Assembly: GCF_001194135.2 (NCBI RefSeq)
Contig: NC_068994.1
Coordinates: forward strand, 15,233,842-15,297,751
DNA length: 63,910 bases
Direction of reading: 5' to 3'
Source: Octopus bimaculoides
Lineage: Eukaryota
The position numbers and the translations under genes were made by a program. The number at the start of each line of letters is the position of its first letter. Position 1 is the first letter of the stretch. Under the pieces are notes generated by a model, which was given only the letters and a program-made list of their open reading frames with translations, ran no database searches and was not told the DNA's origin. Below, piece after piece: positions 1 through 13,000 of the stretch.

Positions 1-70
<70 letters not shown>

Positions 71-665
71 ATATGTGTGTGTGTGTGTGTTTATATATGT
101 GTATGCATATATATATGCATATATAAGTGTATTCATATATAAGCATATATGTATATATGTATACATATATATAGCTGTACATGTATATGTATTCATATAC
201 AAACATATCTACATATATCTGTATGCATATACACATATACGTATACATAGTGTGTGTGTGAACATACATGTTTAAATATATGCATATTCTTATGAATAAA
301 ATGTAATGAAACAACCAGGCAAGGACAGTAACAAAAAAAAAAAAGCATGAATAAATAACAGTGAGAGATATCCCTTTATGTAGAATGTCTTCTAACCTGG
401 AAGCAAGCATGTGTATTTCACATAGAGGTATAATTTGGGAGCATGTACTGTGCTTTGTTAGTTTTAGATGTCATTGTAGTTGCAAGGCCAGCAGCTAACA
501 TTGCTGACATCAAAAAAATGCACAATTTTGTAGGAAAGTATTGGAAATGTGATGATATTTGGTTGACAACAGATGAGGGGTTGTTCTTGTCTCCAGTCAG
601 GTGTTTTTCCCTGTTTTTATGTTTCTTTGTCATCCCCTACATGTGTGTGTGTGTATATATGTATG

Positions 666-702
<37 letters not shown>

Positions 703-1078
703 NNNNNNNNNNNNNNNNNNNNNNNNNNNNNNNNNNNNNNNNNNNNNNNNNNNNNNNNNNNNNNNNNNNNNNNNNNNNNNNNNNNNNNNNNNNNNNNNNN
801 NNNNNNNNNNNNNNNNNNNNNNNNNNNNNNNNNNNNNNNNNNNNNNNNNNNNNNNNNNNNNNNNNNNNNNNNNNNNNNNNNNNNNNNNNNNNNNNNNNNN
901 NNNNNNNNNNNNNNNNNNNNNNNNNNNNNNNNNNNNNNNNNNNNNNNNNNNNNNNNNNNNNNNNNNNNNNNNNNNNNNNNNNNNNNNNNNNNNNNNNNNN
1001 NNNNNNNNNNNNNNNNNNNNNNNNNNNNNNNNNNNNNNNNNNNNNNNNNNNNNNNNNNNNNNNNNNNNNNNNNNNNNN

Positions 1079-1114
<36 letters not shown>

Positions 1115-1129
1115 CACACACATACACAC

Positions 1130-1497
1130 ATGTAGCTGTGTGGTAAAAATCTTGCTTCCCAACCATATGGTTCTGGGTTCAGTTCCACTGTGTGGCACCT
1201 TGGGCAGGTAACTTCTACTATAGCTTCGGGCCGACTAAAGCCTTGTGAATAGACTTGGTAGACAGAAACTGAAAGAAGCTCGTTGTGTGTGTGTGTGTGT
1301 GTGTGTATACACACACATATGTATACATACATATATGTATCTGTATGTCTGTGTTTGTCCTCCCACCATCGCTTGACAACCAGTTTTGGTGTGTTTATGT
1401 CCCTGTAACTTAGTGGTTCAGTAAAAGATCCCGATAGAGTAAGTACTAGGCTTACAAAGAATAAGCAATGGGGTTGATTTGTTTGACTAAAGGCGAA
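1130..1497 (+). mobile_element. SINE family A (tRNA-type head, internal (TG)n), diverged copy
   Basis: Colinear with the copies at 17705-18096 and 32413-32830 (gctgtgtggtaa...ggcaccttgggca...gaaactgaaagaagc...cttacaaagaataag). Confidence 0.85.
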
Positions 1498-2177
1498 AAC
1501 CAATGGTAGCCTTAATACACAAAGAAATCTTATCCATCGGTGCGATGTTCAGCGCTCATTCTCTTTGTTTGACATTTACGCATGTATATGTATGTATGTG
1601 TATGTATGTATGTATGTATGTATGTATGTGTGTGTATGTATGTATGTATATGCCCTTCCTAATGCCAACTACTCAGTGGGTGCATTTACGTGCCACCAGC
1701 ACAAGGGCCAGTGAGGCATGCTCAATTGGTGTTTTTTATGTACCACCTGCACAGGAGCCAGTCCAGCGGTAACGACATCACTCGAATGGTGCTTTGTATG
1801 TGTGTATGTATATATATATATAGGTATATGTGTGTGTGTATATATATATGTATATGTGTATATATATATATATATGTATGTGTGTGTATATGTGTGTGTA
1901 TATAAAATGTAACCACATGTGGATTGTTGGTGATTTATATATTTTTTTCTGCCGTCTTCCTTTTCTCTTGGACTTTCCTCTATCTCCTGTTTCTGATGAA
2001 GAGCTTTGCTCGAAACGTAAAACTACTTTTCTTTCCTTCTTTGAGTTTCCGCTAATACTTTATATGTACCATGTCCTTGTGTTGTTGCTTTTTTGTTGCT
2101 GTGTTTTTCCTCGGGTTTTTTTTTTTTTTTTTGAGATTAATTTTATATATTTATATATGTATATAGATGTGTGTGTA

Positions 2178-2209
<32 letters not shown>

Positions 2210-3091
2210 NNNNNNNNNNNNNNNNNNNNNNNNNNNNNNNNNNNNNNNNNNNNNNNNNNNNNNNNNNNNNNNNNNNNNNNNNNNNNNNNNNNNNNNNNNN
2301 NNNNNNNNNNNNNNNNNNNNNNNNNNNNNNNNNNNNNNNNNNNNNNNNNNNNNNNNNNNNNNNNNNNNNNNNNNNNNNNNNNNNNNNNNNNNNNNNNNNN
2401 NNNNNNNNNNNNNNNNNNNNNNNNNNNNNNNNNNNNNNNNNNNNNNNNNNNNNNNNNNNNNNNNNNNNNNNNNNNNNNNNNNNNNNNNNNNNNNNNNNNN
2501 NNNNNNNNNNNNNNNNNNNNNNNNNNNNNNNNNNNNNNNNNNNNNNNNNNNNNNNNNNNNNNNNNNNNNNNNNNNNNNNNNNNNNNNNNNNNNNNNNNNN
2601 NNNNNNNNNNNNNNNNNNNNNNNNNNNNNNNNNNNNNNNNNNNNNNNNNNNNNNNNNNNNNNNNNNNNNNNNNNNNNNNNNNNNNNNNNNNNNNNNNNNN
2701 NNNNNNNNNNNNNNNNNNNNNNNNNNNNNNNNNNNNNNNNNNNNNNNNNNNNNNNNNNNNNNNNNNNNNNNNNNNNNNNNNNNNNNNNNNNNNNNNNNNN
2801 NNNNNNNNNNNNNNNNNNNNNNNNNNNNNNNNNNNNNNNNNNNNNNNNNNNNNNNNNNNNNNNNNNNNNNNNNNNNNNNNNNNNNNNNNNNNNNNNNNNN
2901 NNNNNNNNNNNNNNNNNNNNNNNNNNNNNNNNNNNNNNNNNNNNNNNNNNNNNNNNNNNNNNNNNNNNNNNNNNNNNNNNNNNNNNNNNNNNNNNNNNNN
3001 NNNNNNNNNNNNNNNNNNNNNNNNNNNNNNNNNNNNNNNNNNNNNNNNNNNNNNNNNNNNNNNNNNNTTTTTTCTACATTTTTTCGTGCAG

Positions 3092-3121
3092 CTGAAGATT
3101 GCTCTTCATATTGCATTTAAG
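3092..3121 (+). CDS. Candidate 30-nt cassette microexon LKIALHIAFK
   Basis: ttttttcgtgcag|CTGAAGATTGCTCTTCATATTGCATTTAAG|gtaatg; only phase 0 is stop-free, matching the phase-0 acceptor at 4074. Confidence 0.3.
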
Positions 3122-4073
3122 GTAATGCTCACATTACTTAAATAAATTGAAGTAGCATGAAACGTGCGTACTGCAATCACTTTTGAAATCCGTGTTGCTT
3201 ATTATTTGATTTTAATCACCCATCCTTTTGGGATGTGATATTCGGGTGCCTTCGCATAAGTACCATATTCAAGCCTTGAATCTATATCTAAACCGTATAT
3301 ATGTATATATATATGTATATGTATATATATATGTATATATATATATGTATGTATATATATGTATATATAAATGCATATGTATATGCTGTGTGTATATAGT
3401 TAAGTACATGAATACTTTATAATTGCGGTATAATTTATCGCATTGAATTATTACAATTTTTTTTTCTCTGAGGCTTATTTATATTAATAATTTTCTGTTT
3501 ATATTTATATTCCTGTGTTCTGACTTGAACTGAAATACCTTTCTTTATTTTGTTGTTCAAATTAGATCACCAAAATGTGTCTTAGCCATCTGGTTGCTGG
3601 TATATACTAATTATCCATGAAGTACTTTCATACATATCCTTAAGTCATTAGTCATTTTTCTATTCATATATACACTACTTTTCTTCACACACCCTTTTAC
3701 ATAATTATACATACATACATACATACAGACTAAATATCTGTTGCACTTAGAACTATGCAGCTGAGGACACACACCACTTTTGTCTTCCTGAAGTTAATAT
3801 TGTCTTTTGTTTGATAATCTTAGTTTCTTTACCTAAGTGATATCAATATCTCTCTGTGAATCCTTACTTTACAGCTTCATCTCAAAAATCTCTTTTGTTT
3901 ATTCTGTCTGGCTACTACTATTACTACCTCTTACATAACACACCTGCTTTGGATGTTTTATTTTCAAATAGAGCCTCCCTCCCTTCCTCCCACTCCCTCC
4001 TTTTAAAATTTGGAGTGGGGAAAAATTCTTTTGTCTGTTATTATTAATCATTTTGTTTTTCTTTTCTTTACAG

Positions 4074-4187
4074 GAAATAGATGACTATTTAGCACATGCA
4101 AGAGATGCTGGCTACTCTACAGTGCTACAGCTCGGCCACCGAGGAATTAGGTACGCAACTAATGTCATTGTCAAGACAGCCATACAA
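4074..4187 (+). CDS. REEP: REEP exon (amphipathic-helix region), [38 protein letters not shown]
   Basis: Long pyrimidine tract ttttgtttttcttttctttacag|GAA, 114 nt, phase 0-0, donor CAA|gtgagt; clear similarity to the REEP1-4 EIDD exon. Confidence 0.95.
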
Positions 4188-7100
4188 GTGAGTAGTACTG
4201 CTATAAAAGACTTCTGTCAAAAGAATAATTTCTATTGATTGAGTGGAATGGTTTCTAATGTTGGCTGCTGTGGGTGGGGTTAGAGGCTTTAACAAATTGC
4301 TGCTAATAATGTTTCTCTTATTGACTATTCTGAATATTAAGAATGACAGTGCTTTCTGTTTTTGTTTGTTTTTTTTTCCTCGTTTTATTTTTGTTTCTTT
4401 AATCAAACAGAATATCAAGTCTTAGAATTTATTAGAGAATTCTTACATTATTGCGAAAGAAAACTAATAATTTTAATTTTCAGATAATTGGGGTTTTTTT
4501 TGTTTTTTTTTTGGTTTACTCATGCCCTCTTTATTTTAGCAGCATCTGTAGTGAAATTAGAAAAGAAATTTCAGGTGTGGAAGCAATACCTAGAATAAAA
4601 GGGCCTGAAAGTTTACTTTCTAGTTGGCAGAAAACAGACAGGACTTTACTCTCTTTAGAAAAATGGCCCAGCTCAATATATAGGAACAGTGTAGGTAGAA
4701 ATTCCATGCATGTGCTCAGTGCATGCTATGGACATGCAAGAGGTGCTGTCGAATCACAGGAATATTAAGAGAAAGTAGACTTTGTACAGAGCAGATGCCC
4801 TGGAAGTTCCTGATAGCTAGTAAATTGTTTCTGTTACTTAGGTGACATAATTAGCAGTGGTGAGGTTGTTCTGGAATTATAGTTGCTAGTATAAGAACAG
4901 AATGGAGAAAGTTCAGAGAGTTATTACCTCTGTTGGTAACAAAAGGTCTTTCTATCAGAGTGAAAGGTAGATTGTATGATGCTTGTGTAAAAACAGCAAT
5001 ACAACAAGGTAGTGAAGCATGGACTGTGAATGCAGAGTACATGCAGAGGCTTGAAGGATATGAAACCAGCCTGCTCCATTAGATGTGCAATGTCAGTGTA
5101 TATATATATATATATATATATATACAGTGGAGGTGCAATGGCCCAGTGGCTAGGGCAGCGGACTCGCGGTCATAGGATCGCGGTTTCGATTCCCAGACCG
5201 GGTGTTGTGAGTGTTTATTGAGCGAAAACACCTAAAGCTCCATGAGGCTCCGGCAGGGGGTGGTGGCGAACCCTGCTGTACTCTTCCACCACAACTTTCT
5301 CTCACTCTTACTTCCTGTTTCTGTTGTTCCTGTAATTCAAAGGGCCAGCCTTGTCACACTGTGTCACGCTGAATATCCCCGAGAATTACGTTAAGGGTAC
5401 ACGTGTCTGTGGAATGCTCAGCCACTTGCATCGTTAATTTCATGAGCAGGCTGTTCCGTTGATCGGATCAACTGGAACACTCGACGTCGTAAGCGACGGA
5501 GTGCCAACAACAATATATATATATAACTAAGTGCAAACATGTTGAGAGAAAAACTGGGTATTAGAGGCATCAAACGTAGTGAGAATACTGCAATAGTATG
5601 GCCATTGGATGAGGACAGTTGCATAAAGAAGTCCCATTCACTAAAATTGGATAGAAATTTTGAAAGAAGGAAACCCCAAAAGGACATGGGACAAAGTGGA
5701 TGACCAACCTCAGGTTGATGAGCTTCAGAAAAAGAAGTATCAAAGGACTGAGATGATGGTTAATTTGCTGTACTCAAGAAAACCAATCCATTTCAACAAA
5801 GTCTGAAATCCTAAAGACATTATGTTTATATCTATACACTTCTTGGGCCCTGCTCCAGTAATCTGTCCCTGTCAAGCCTACCCCACCTCTTATCTTTCTA
5901 ATACCTATCCACCCACTCTTCTAACCACAGCCTCTATTCAACTGCTATAATCATACAAGAACAGAATATGCACATATTTCATTTCCTTTTGTGCTACCAG
6001 TTAGCTCCCTCTCTCCATGGTATCACTTTCTTTTAAAATCCACCCTCGTTTTCTGTATCATTTCTTCCCACTTTGTTTTCTGCTAATCATCCCTTTCTGT
6101 GCCTCCAATTATCTCTCCATTTTGTCTGAGGCACATCTTAGGACTTCCATTACCTTCTTTTTAACACCACCTCTTATCTGCTACCATTCTCACATCTCTG
6201 TCATATCTGCTGTCAACAGCCTATCCCCATTTTTGTTCCCCACTTACTATAGTCAGTGGAGGCGCGTGGCTTAGTGGTTAGGGTGTTCAGCATCATGATC
6301 GTAAGATTGTGGTTTCGATTCCTGGACCTGGCAATGCGTTTTGTTCTTGAGCAAAACACTTCATTTCATGTTGCTCCAGTCCACTCAGCTGGCAAAAATA
6401 AGTAACACTGCAATGGACTGGCGTCCTGTCCAACTGAGGAATACATGCCCCATTGAAACCGGGGAAACCAGGCCCATGAGCTTGGCTAGGCTTTAAAAGG
6501 GCACATTTATTTTATTTATTACTTACTATAGTCACCCTTACATACCTCTGACATCAATTTCTATCACTGTAATCTCTCTCATTCCTCACATCATCTCCAT
6601 ATCTTTTTATCTATCTACAGGTTTATGATATTGTTATTTGTCATCCCCTCCTTCCTGAGCCACTCCTATTCTTTAATTTCACTCCATACTGGTATTTACC
6701 ATCGACTACACCTCCATCCTTGTTCCATTCACTACATTCATATCTAACCACCTGTCACTCTCCTCTCACACCCTAATGAACTTATCCACCCATGCTTCCT
6801 GTTTCTTTGTGTTCTCTCTTGTACTCACCTTCTTGTATCTTGAATGTACTCTCTTTTACTTTGTGACCACCATAGCAAGACACCTGTACTTGTTCCCTCT
6901 ATCTTGTTTAAAGCCACCTCCCTCCCTACTACAATCCCACTCATTGGGAGGGGTCTTTTTCCTTGTCTTGTGAATTATTTGGTGACCTCACTAGTGCTGC
7001 TCTCTCTCTCTCCCCTCCCTCCCTCACACACACAGTTCACTTTGTAAAGTGATTGACACTAGGAAGGGCATCGAGATATAGAAACTATGCCAAAACAGAC

Positions 7101-9959
7101 ATTGGAGCTCAATGCAGTCCTCTGGCCTCATTGGATCCTCTGAAACCATCTAACCCATACCAACATGGAAGACAGATGTTGAACACACGCACACACACAC
7201 ACACAATAACTTTCTTGTGTATCCAAGAATGATGTACTTTATCCCTACTACTCTCCTAATTAGCATGTAGACCAAATAACTGAGTGGATAAAGGCTGAAC
7301 TATTTGTTCACCTGTCGATGTCCTGCTTGTGTTTTGTTGTATCTGTGAGCAAGAGACTTAATTGTACTTTTGTTATTTTACCTAACTGCTAATTAATTTT
7401 AAAGCTCTACTTGTGATAAATTAGCATGCTATATTAGAGAAGTAGTTTTTTATGCATCTTGATGCTACATTAACTTTAAATAGGCCCCAGTCATGCAAAC
7501 AACTATAGTTTGCAAAAGGATTAGCTAATCTACAAGCCAATTGTTGTTTTACTTTTTTTTAAATTTATTTATATTTGTATAAAGGTATGTTTTAGGTAAA
7601 GAAGTCATTGTAATATTTTTTTCTAATGGGTCAGCAGTTTTGATGAGGGTGGGTTAGTCAATGCCATCAACCTCAGTACTTTATTGGTACTTTATTTTAT
7701 TGACCCAATCCCCTTAAAAAAAGCAGAAAAGGCAAAATTGATCTTGTTACGATAGTCTCAGTATATAAAGAGCTGAGGAGGCACAATGGCCCAGTGGTTA
7801 GGGCAGTGGACTCGTGGTCATAGGATCGCGGTTTCGATTCCCAGACCGGGCGTTGTGAGTGTTTATTGAGCGAAAACACCTAAAAGCTCTACAAGGCTCC
7901 GGCAGGGAATGGTGGCGAACCCTGCTATACTCTTCCACCACAACTTTCTCTCACTCTTCCTGTTTCTGTTGTGCCTGTAATTCAAAGGGTCAGCCTTGTC
8001 ACACTGTGTCACGCTGAATCTCCCCGAGAACTACGTTAAGGGTACACGCATCTGTGGAATGCTCAGCCACTTGCACGTTAATTTCACGAGCAGGCTGTTC
8101 CGTTGATCGGATCAACTGGAACCCTCGACGGAGTGCCAACAACAACAACAAATAAAGAGCTGAAGCAAATACAGTAAAGCATTTTGTGATGTTCTAATAA
8201 TTCTACCAATACAGCTCTATAAAAATTGTAATGATATTACAGTCATTACTTGAATAAGATGCCTATGTGCACAAACACACTGTTATATCCATAACTAGTA
8301 CAGTGCATTCTTGGATTTGTTTGTTTTCATATATCATGCATTAAAGCTCATAAGTTATAAATATTTTAGGTTGTATATTATGACTCATATAGGTTTTCTG
8401 AGAACATAGACAGATGCTAAAATTGTTAGGTGTCAGAATTTGACTCACTAAATAAACCTGTTTACCCTTAAAGTTAACACCCAGAAACATGTGTGCACAT
8501 GAAAAACATTGTGTATGTACACCAGTGTGCATGTATGTCTGTGTTGTTGATATGCACATCTGCATGCAAACTTTACTGTTGCTTGTTATTATTTTTATTA
8601 TGAGGATGCCATAGGGTGGTAGAAATTTTTCAATGAACAGAGTCCATGACCTGGTTTTTTTTTTCATTCCAGTTAGGAATGTTTTTACTTGCACATTTAC
8701 TAACTCTTGCAGATGCATTAAAACCACCACTTTTTCACTTACTGTCCCTCACCTAAACCAATTACACCGTGACTACAGAAGAAATCACTGTTGCCAAAAT
8801 GTAACCATTACCAAAATATGATAGGTACTGACTGTCTTGCCTTTTCAGACTAATGAATAAAAAATAATTCTTTTACTATGATTAGTTCCAATGTTACATA
8901 AACAAATCCTTCTCAGAAATAGAAATTATCTCCTTCAGTTTCGCTATCTGCTTATATGTCCAATACTCTAGCTTGCTATTATTGTATCAGAGGAGTAGAA
9001 GTAGTAGAAGTATCGGAATGTTATTTTAGTATCACAACTTGGTTATCAAAGCCTGATTTTCAAGCGAAACTCACCGAAGCAAGAAGGCTTTGGCATAAAC
9101 TACTACTGCCTCTTCTAGTTTTGGTTGAAACACCATAATCTCTACAATTCTATAGTTACAATTCTCTCTGATGCTCTTTATTCCACTGCTAAATCTATAC
9201 TCTGGACTTCATAAAACATTTTAGCTACTGCAGCTGCTACAGTAGCTCCTATATTCTCATCAACTTAATTTCTTATTGCTTCCTTGCTTTAATAACCCTT
9301 TTTCCTTCCCTCTAACAGTTAACTCAGATTTAACTCTCATAATATATATATTTTTTTAATAACACTTTTTTTTAAGATAAGGTGAGAAATTACCGTTCTT
9401 CTGGTGATTTTCTTAATCATTTTGGGGTTATTTTATTTATTTATTTTTTTTGTCTTTGGATTGCAGAAACATGAATGTTGCAAATTTTCAATTCCTATAA
9501 ATCAATGTTTAAAAAAAAAACAAAAAAAAACTATCAAAATTCCTTTATCAATATCAACTTTCTAATTTGCTGCAATTTGGAAATGTTTCATTTTTCTGTA
9601 ATATTTTCTGATTCTCTTTTTGTATTTTATTTTCAATGTCAGCCTCTCTGGTGTTAATGAAATAATAGCAGTAATGCTAATGGAATAATTAGTATCACCT
9701 TTATCCCTTTCTCTTACAAATAGTTTGCCTATATTCAAAAAAAAGAAATTATGATTTATCATCATCAAAATTTACTTTTCCTGTCACCCTTCCTTCTGTA
9801 GCCAATAAAATAAATCCCAATCTACCACTAGGGTAGATTAAATTGACTCTATCCTGTCTCCTTAATTTATGGCTCTGCTCCAATGTAAAATATTGTAATT
9901 ATTGTTGCTGCTGTTATTATTATCATTGTCATCATCTTTATTATTCAAATTTGAAGCCA

Positions 9960-10012
<53 letters not shown>

Positions 10013-13000
10013 TAAGTAGTGAGCCAGCAGAATTGTTAGCATGCTGAACAAATTGCTTAGTAGTATCATGTTTACATTGAGTTCAAATTCTGCAAAGGTT
10101 GATTTTTTTTACCGTTCATCCTTTCAGGGTTGATAAAATAAGTACCAGTTCAGCACCAAGGTCGATATAATTGACTTACCTTTCCTCAGAAATTGCTGGC
10201 TTTGTGCCTACAGTATAAAGGATTGTTATTATTGTTATCATTAAGGTGGTGAGCTGGCAGAACCATTACTGCACTGAGCAAAATGTTTAGCAGCATTTCT
10301 TCTGACTTCACATTCGAAGTTCAAATGCCGTAGAAAGAATTGTTTACACTCAGAGTTCAAATTCTGCTGGGCTCAACTTTGTCTTTCATCTTTTTAGGGT
10401 CAATAAAATAAGTGTCTGTCAAACATTAGGATTGGTGTAATCGACTTACCCTTCTAAAATTGCTGGACCTTGTGTCAGAATTGGAAACCATTATTATTAT
10501 TTAAGGCAGTAAATTGGTAGCATCGTTAGAACATCAGAAAGCTGCATTGTGGTACAGTAATCCCTCACCATATTGCGGGTTCACCTATCGTGGTTTATTA
10601 TTTAAGATTACATCGATTCCTCCATGGTGTTGTTTTACATTTATAACAAAATAGATATATGCCATATTTGATGGCCTATAAGATGCACCCTTATTACCCC
10701 AAAATACCTTTAAAAATCCCCCTGCATCTAATGCACTCAGTGTAGGCTCAAAACTCGTGACTGTTGGCTGAAATTATACATCAGAGGTTACGTATGTTTA
10801 CAAAACGTGTGCTGCCATCTATTGGTGAACAATCATCTATGATATGTTTGTATCAAATGTGGAAGCAATAAATTGTTTATAATTACCGGTAATAACATAA
10901 AGTTATACAGGTAAATGGAGGGATTAAAACATTACTTTAGTGGTAATTTATTTTACAAAAGTCTAACCTAGGTTAGGGTGCATCCTATGCACTCGTGCAT
11001 CTTAAAGGCCATCAAATACGGTACAAATTATAGAAATAATAATAATAATAAAATATACAGTGCAGTATTGTTTCTACTTCGTGGATTTTCACCTATTGCA
11101 GGGGATTTTGGAACGTAACACCTGCGATAGTCAAGGGATTTACTCTATTTGTTCTAGCTCTTTATTGTCTGAGTTCACATCTCATTGAGGTCAGCTTTAC
11201 TTTCCATCATTCCAAGGTCAATGGAATAAAGTACTAGTCAGGTACTGGTGTCATGTAATTGACTAATACCCTCCCCTCAAAAAAAAAAAAAAAATATGCT
11301 GGCCTTGTACCTAAATCAGAAACCATCAATGTTCATATTATAGTTTAGTTGCAATTTCTCAAAAGTATTGACTGATTTTACAACCTGGTTTCAATTTTAG
11401 TTGATGCCAGACCCTATCATAAGGTTTATGCATTTCCTTTGGGAAAGCATAAGCCTTATGAATTTATTCCTTTTCTAATAGTATTCTGGTTTATCATTCC
11501 TACAAAAGAAATTATATATATCGGTACCTAAAGCAATGAACTGACAAAATTGTTAACATGCCAGGCAAAATGCTCAGTGACATTTTATCCATCTTTACAT
11601 TCTGTATTCAGATTCTGCCAGGGTTGACTTTGCCTTTATTCCTTTCAGGGTTGATAAAATAAGTACCAGTTGAATACTGGGGGTCAATGTAATCGACTTA
11701 TACCCTCCCATTAAACTTGCCGGCCTTGTGCCAAAATTTGAAATCAATATATATCTGTATGTATTTATACACATACACCCATATCACCATCATTTCACAT
11801 TTGCTTTCCATGCTGTCATGAAATGAACAATTCATCATGGTCCAAATCACCTCTATTGTGAGTGACTGCTACCAAAGTCTAGGTACTCCTATGTGTTATT
11901 CATCCTTGTTTCTTCAGCTGGATGGCCTGCTTAATGCCAACCACTTTATAGAGTGTACTGAGTACATTTTCTCATGGTACCAACACGAGAAATGTTGAAT
12001 AGTCCTCAATGAGACAGGACTAGAGGGACCTCATAACCTTACATTTTCTCTGCTCATATAGCCAATCACTTTGCAGTGTGGGCAGTATAAGTATTAGTAT
12101 ACAAAATGCTATTCACTGAACTCCTGATTTTGGCCCACAGGAGTACTATCCTCCCTCTCTCTCTCTCCAACTATTTTGGTCTTTGCTCATTGTAACTGAT
12201 TAGCTTTTATACCACCTCCATTCAGGCATTACGGTCCCACTCGTTTCTCTTTATTATCCTTGTAGTCAATCCCACCAGGTCATGCACTAAGCAGTATAGC
12301 CAGTCCTTCCTTCCTGCATTGTCTGCTCTCTAGAATTACCTTCCTACTCATATCTTTCCTGCAGATTTTTGCTTCGAGAGAGAGAGAGAGAGAGAGAGAG
12401 ACACTGAGGGCTCCAGTTTCTTCAGTCTAGGAGGTCTGTCAAAGGCCATGGACACTGCCTATCCCTTCAGCTAGTCTTACACACACACACACACACACAG
12501 TTTTTAATGTAACATACACTTTAAAGTAGTACTGTGCTGTGTGTGTATGTATGGGTGCAATTTAACAGTAGTGTTACCTCTTAAAAATGAATCTTGTTTC
12601 TCTTTTACCATGCCATATTTAGAGTGTTTGTTTTGTTTTTGTTTTTGTTTTTGTTTTTTAAATTGCTTTGAACCAAACTTTTGTAGCTTTTAAACCACAT
12701 CGTTTTTTTTTTTATTTTCATTATATAAAATGAACATTTCCCACCCTCCGCCTCCACCTAGTGATAGAATTTTATTGTAATCTGCTGTAAAAAATTGCAA
12801 GCAACCCAGCTTGTTTGTTTTCAGTTTGTGGGATTTCACTCACAGTTGAACTTAGTGGTACTTAAAATAAATAAAAATGAATTTGCTTCTACCACGTTTA
12901 TTCTTCCTCATATTTCAAGAGAGAAAAAAAAAATCAAATTTTGTTCTTCGTGTTTTTTTTTTTGATAATAAAAAAAAAATCTTCTGAAAAATGCTAGTGT

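Larger units (their letters stand above)
10505..11325 (+). mobile_element. Family C SINE split by nested MITEs
   Basis: Head 10505-10554; the body resumes at 11148 (tttgttctagctctttattgtctgagttc...), so the break is at the TA of the consensus ggTAttt. Confidence 0.65.

Noticed and set aside
443-640. Non-repetitive ORF start MYCALLVLDVIVVARPAANIADIKK
   Set aside because: No similarity to the REEP N-terminal exons or any motif I recognise, and it runs into a microsatellite.
39-3145. Long ORFs rich in Y/I/C/V/M/H/T or spanning X-runs (also 13854-14855, 24386-25573, 45949-46827, 47724-48273, 51865-52611, 60603-61220)
   Set aside because: They are translations of (TA)n/(TG)n microsatellites or N-gaps, which lack stop codons; not genes.
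5129-5200. tRNA-like sequence with A and B boxes (also 6256, 7777, 32413)
   Set aside because: These are SINE heads continuing into repeated bodies with tails and TSDs; no complete cloverleaf was seen.
5860-7060. Strongly C/T-skewed stretch (also 18900-19560)
   Set aside because: Probably old minus-strand retroelement debris, but no motif was recognisable enough to call a family.
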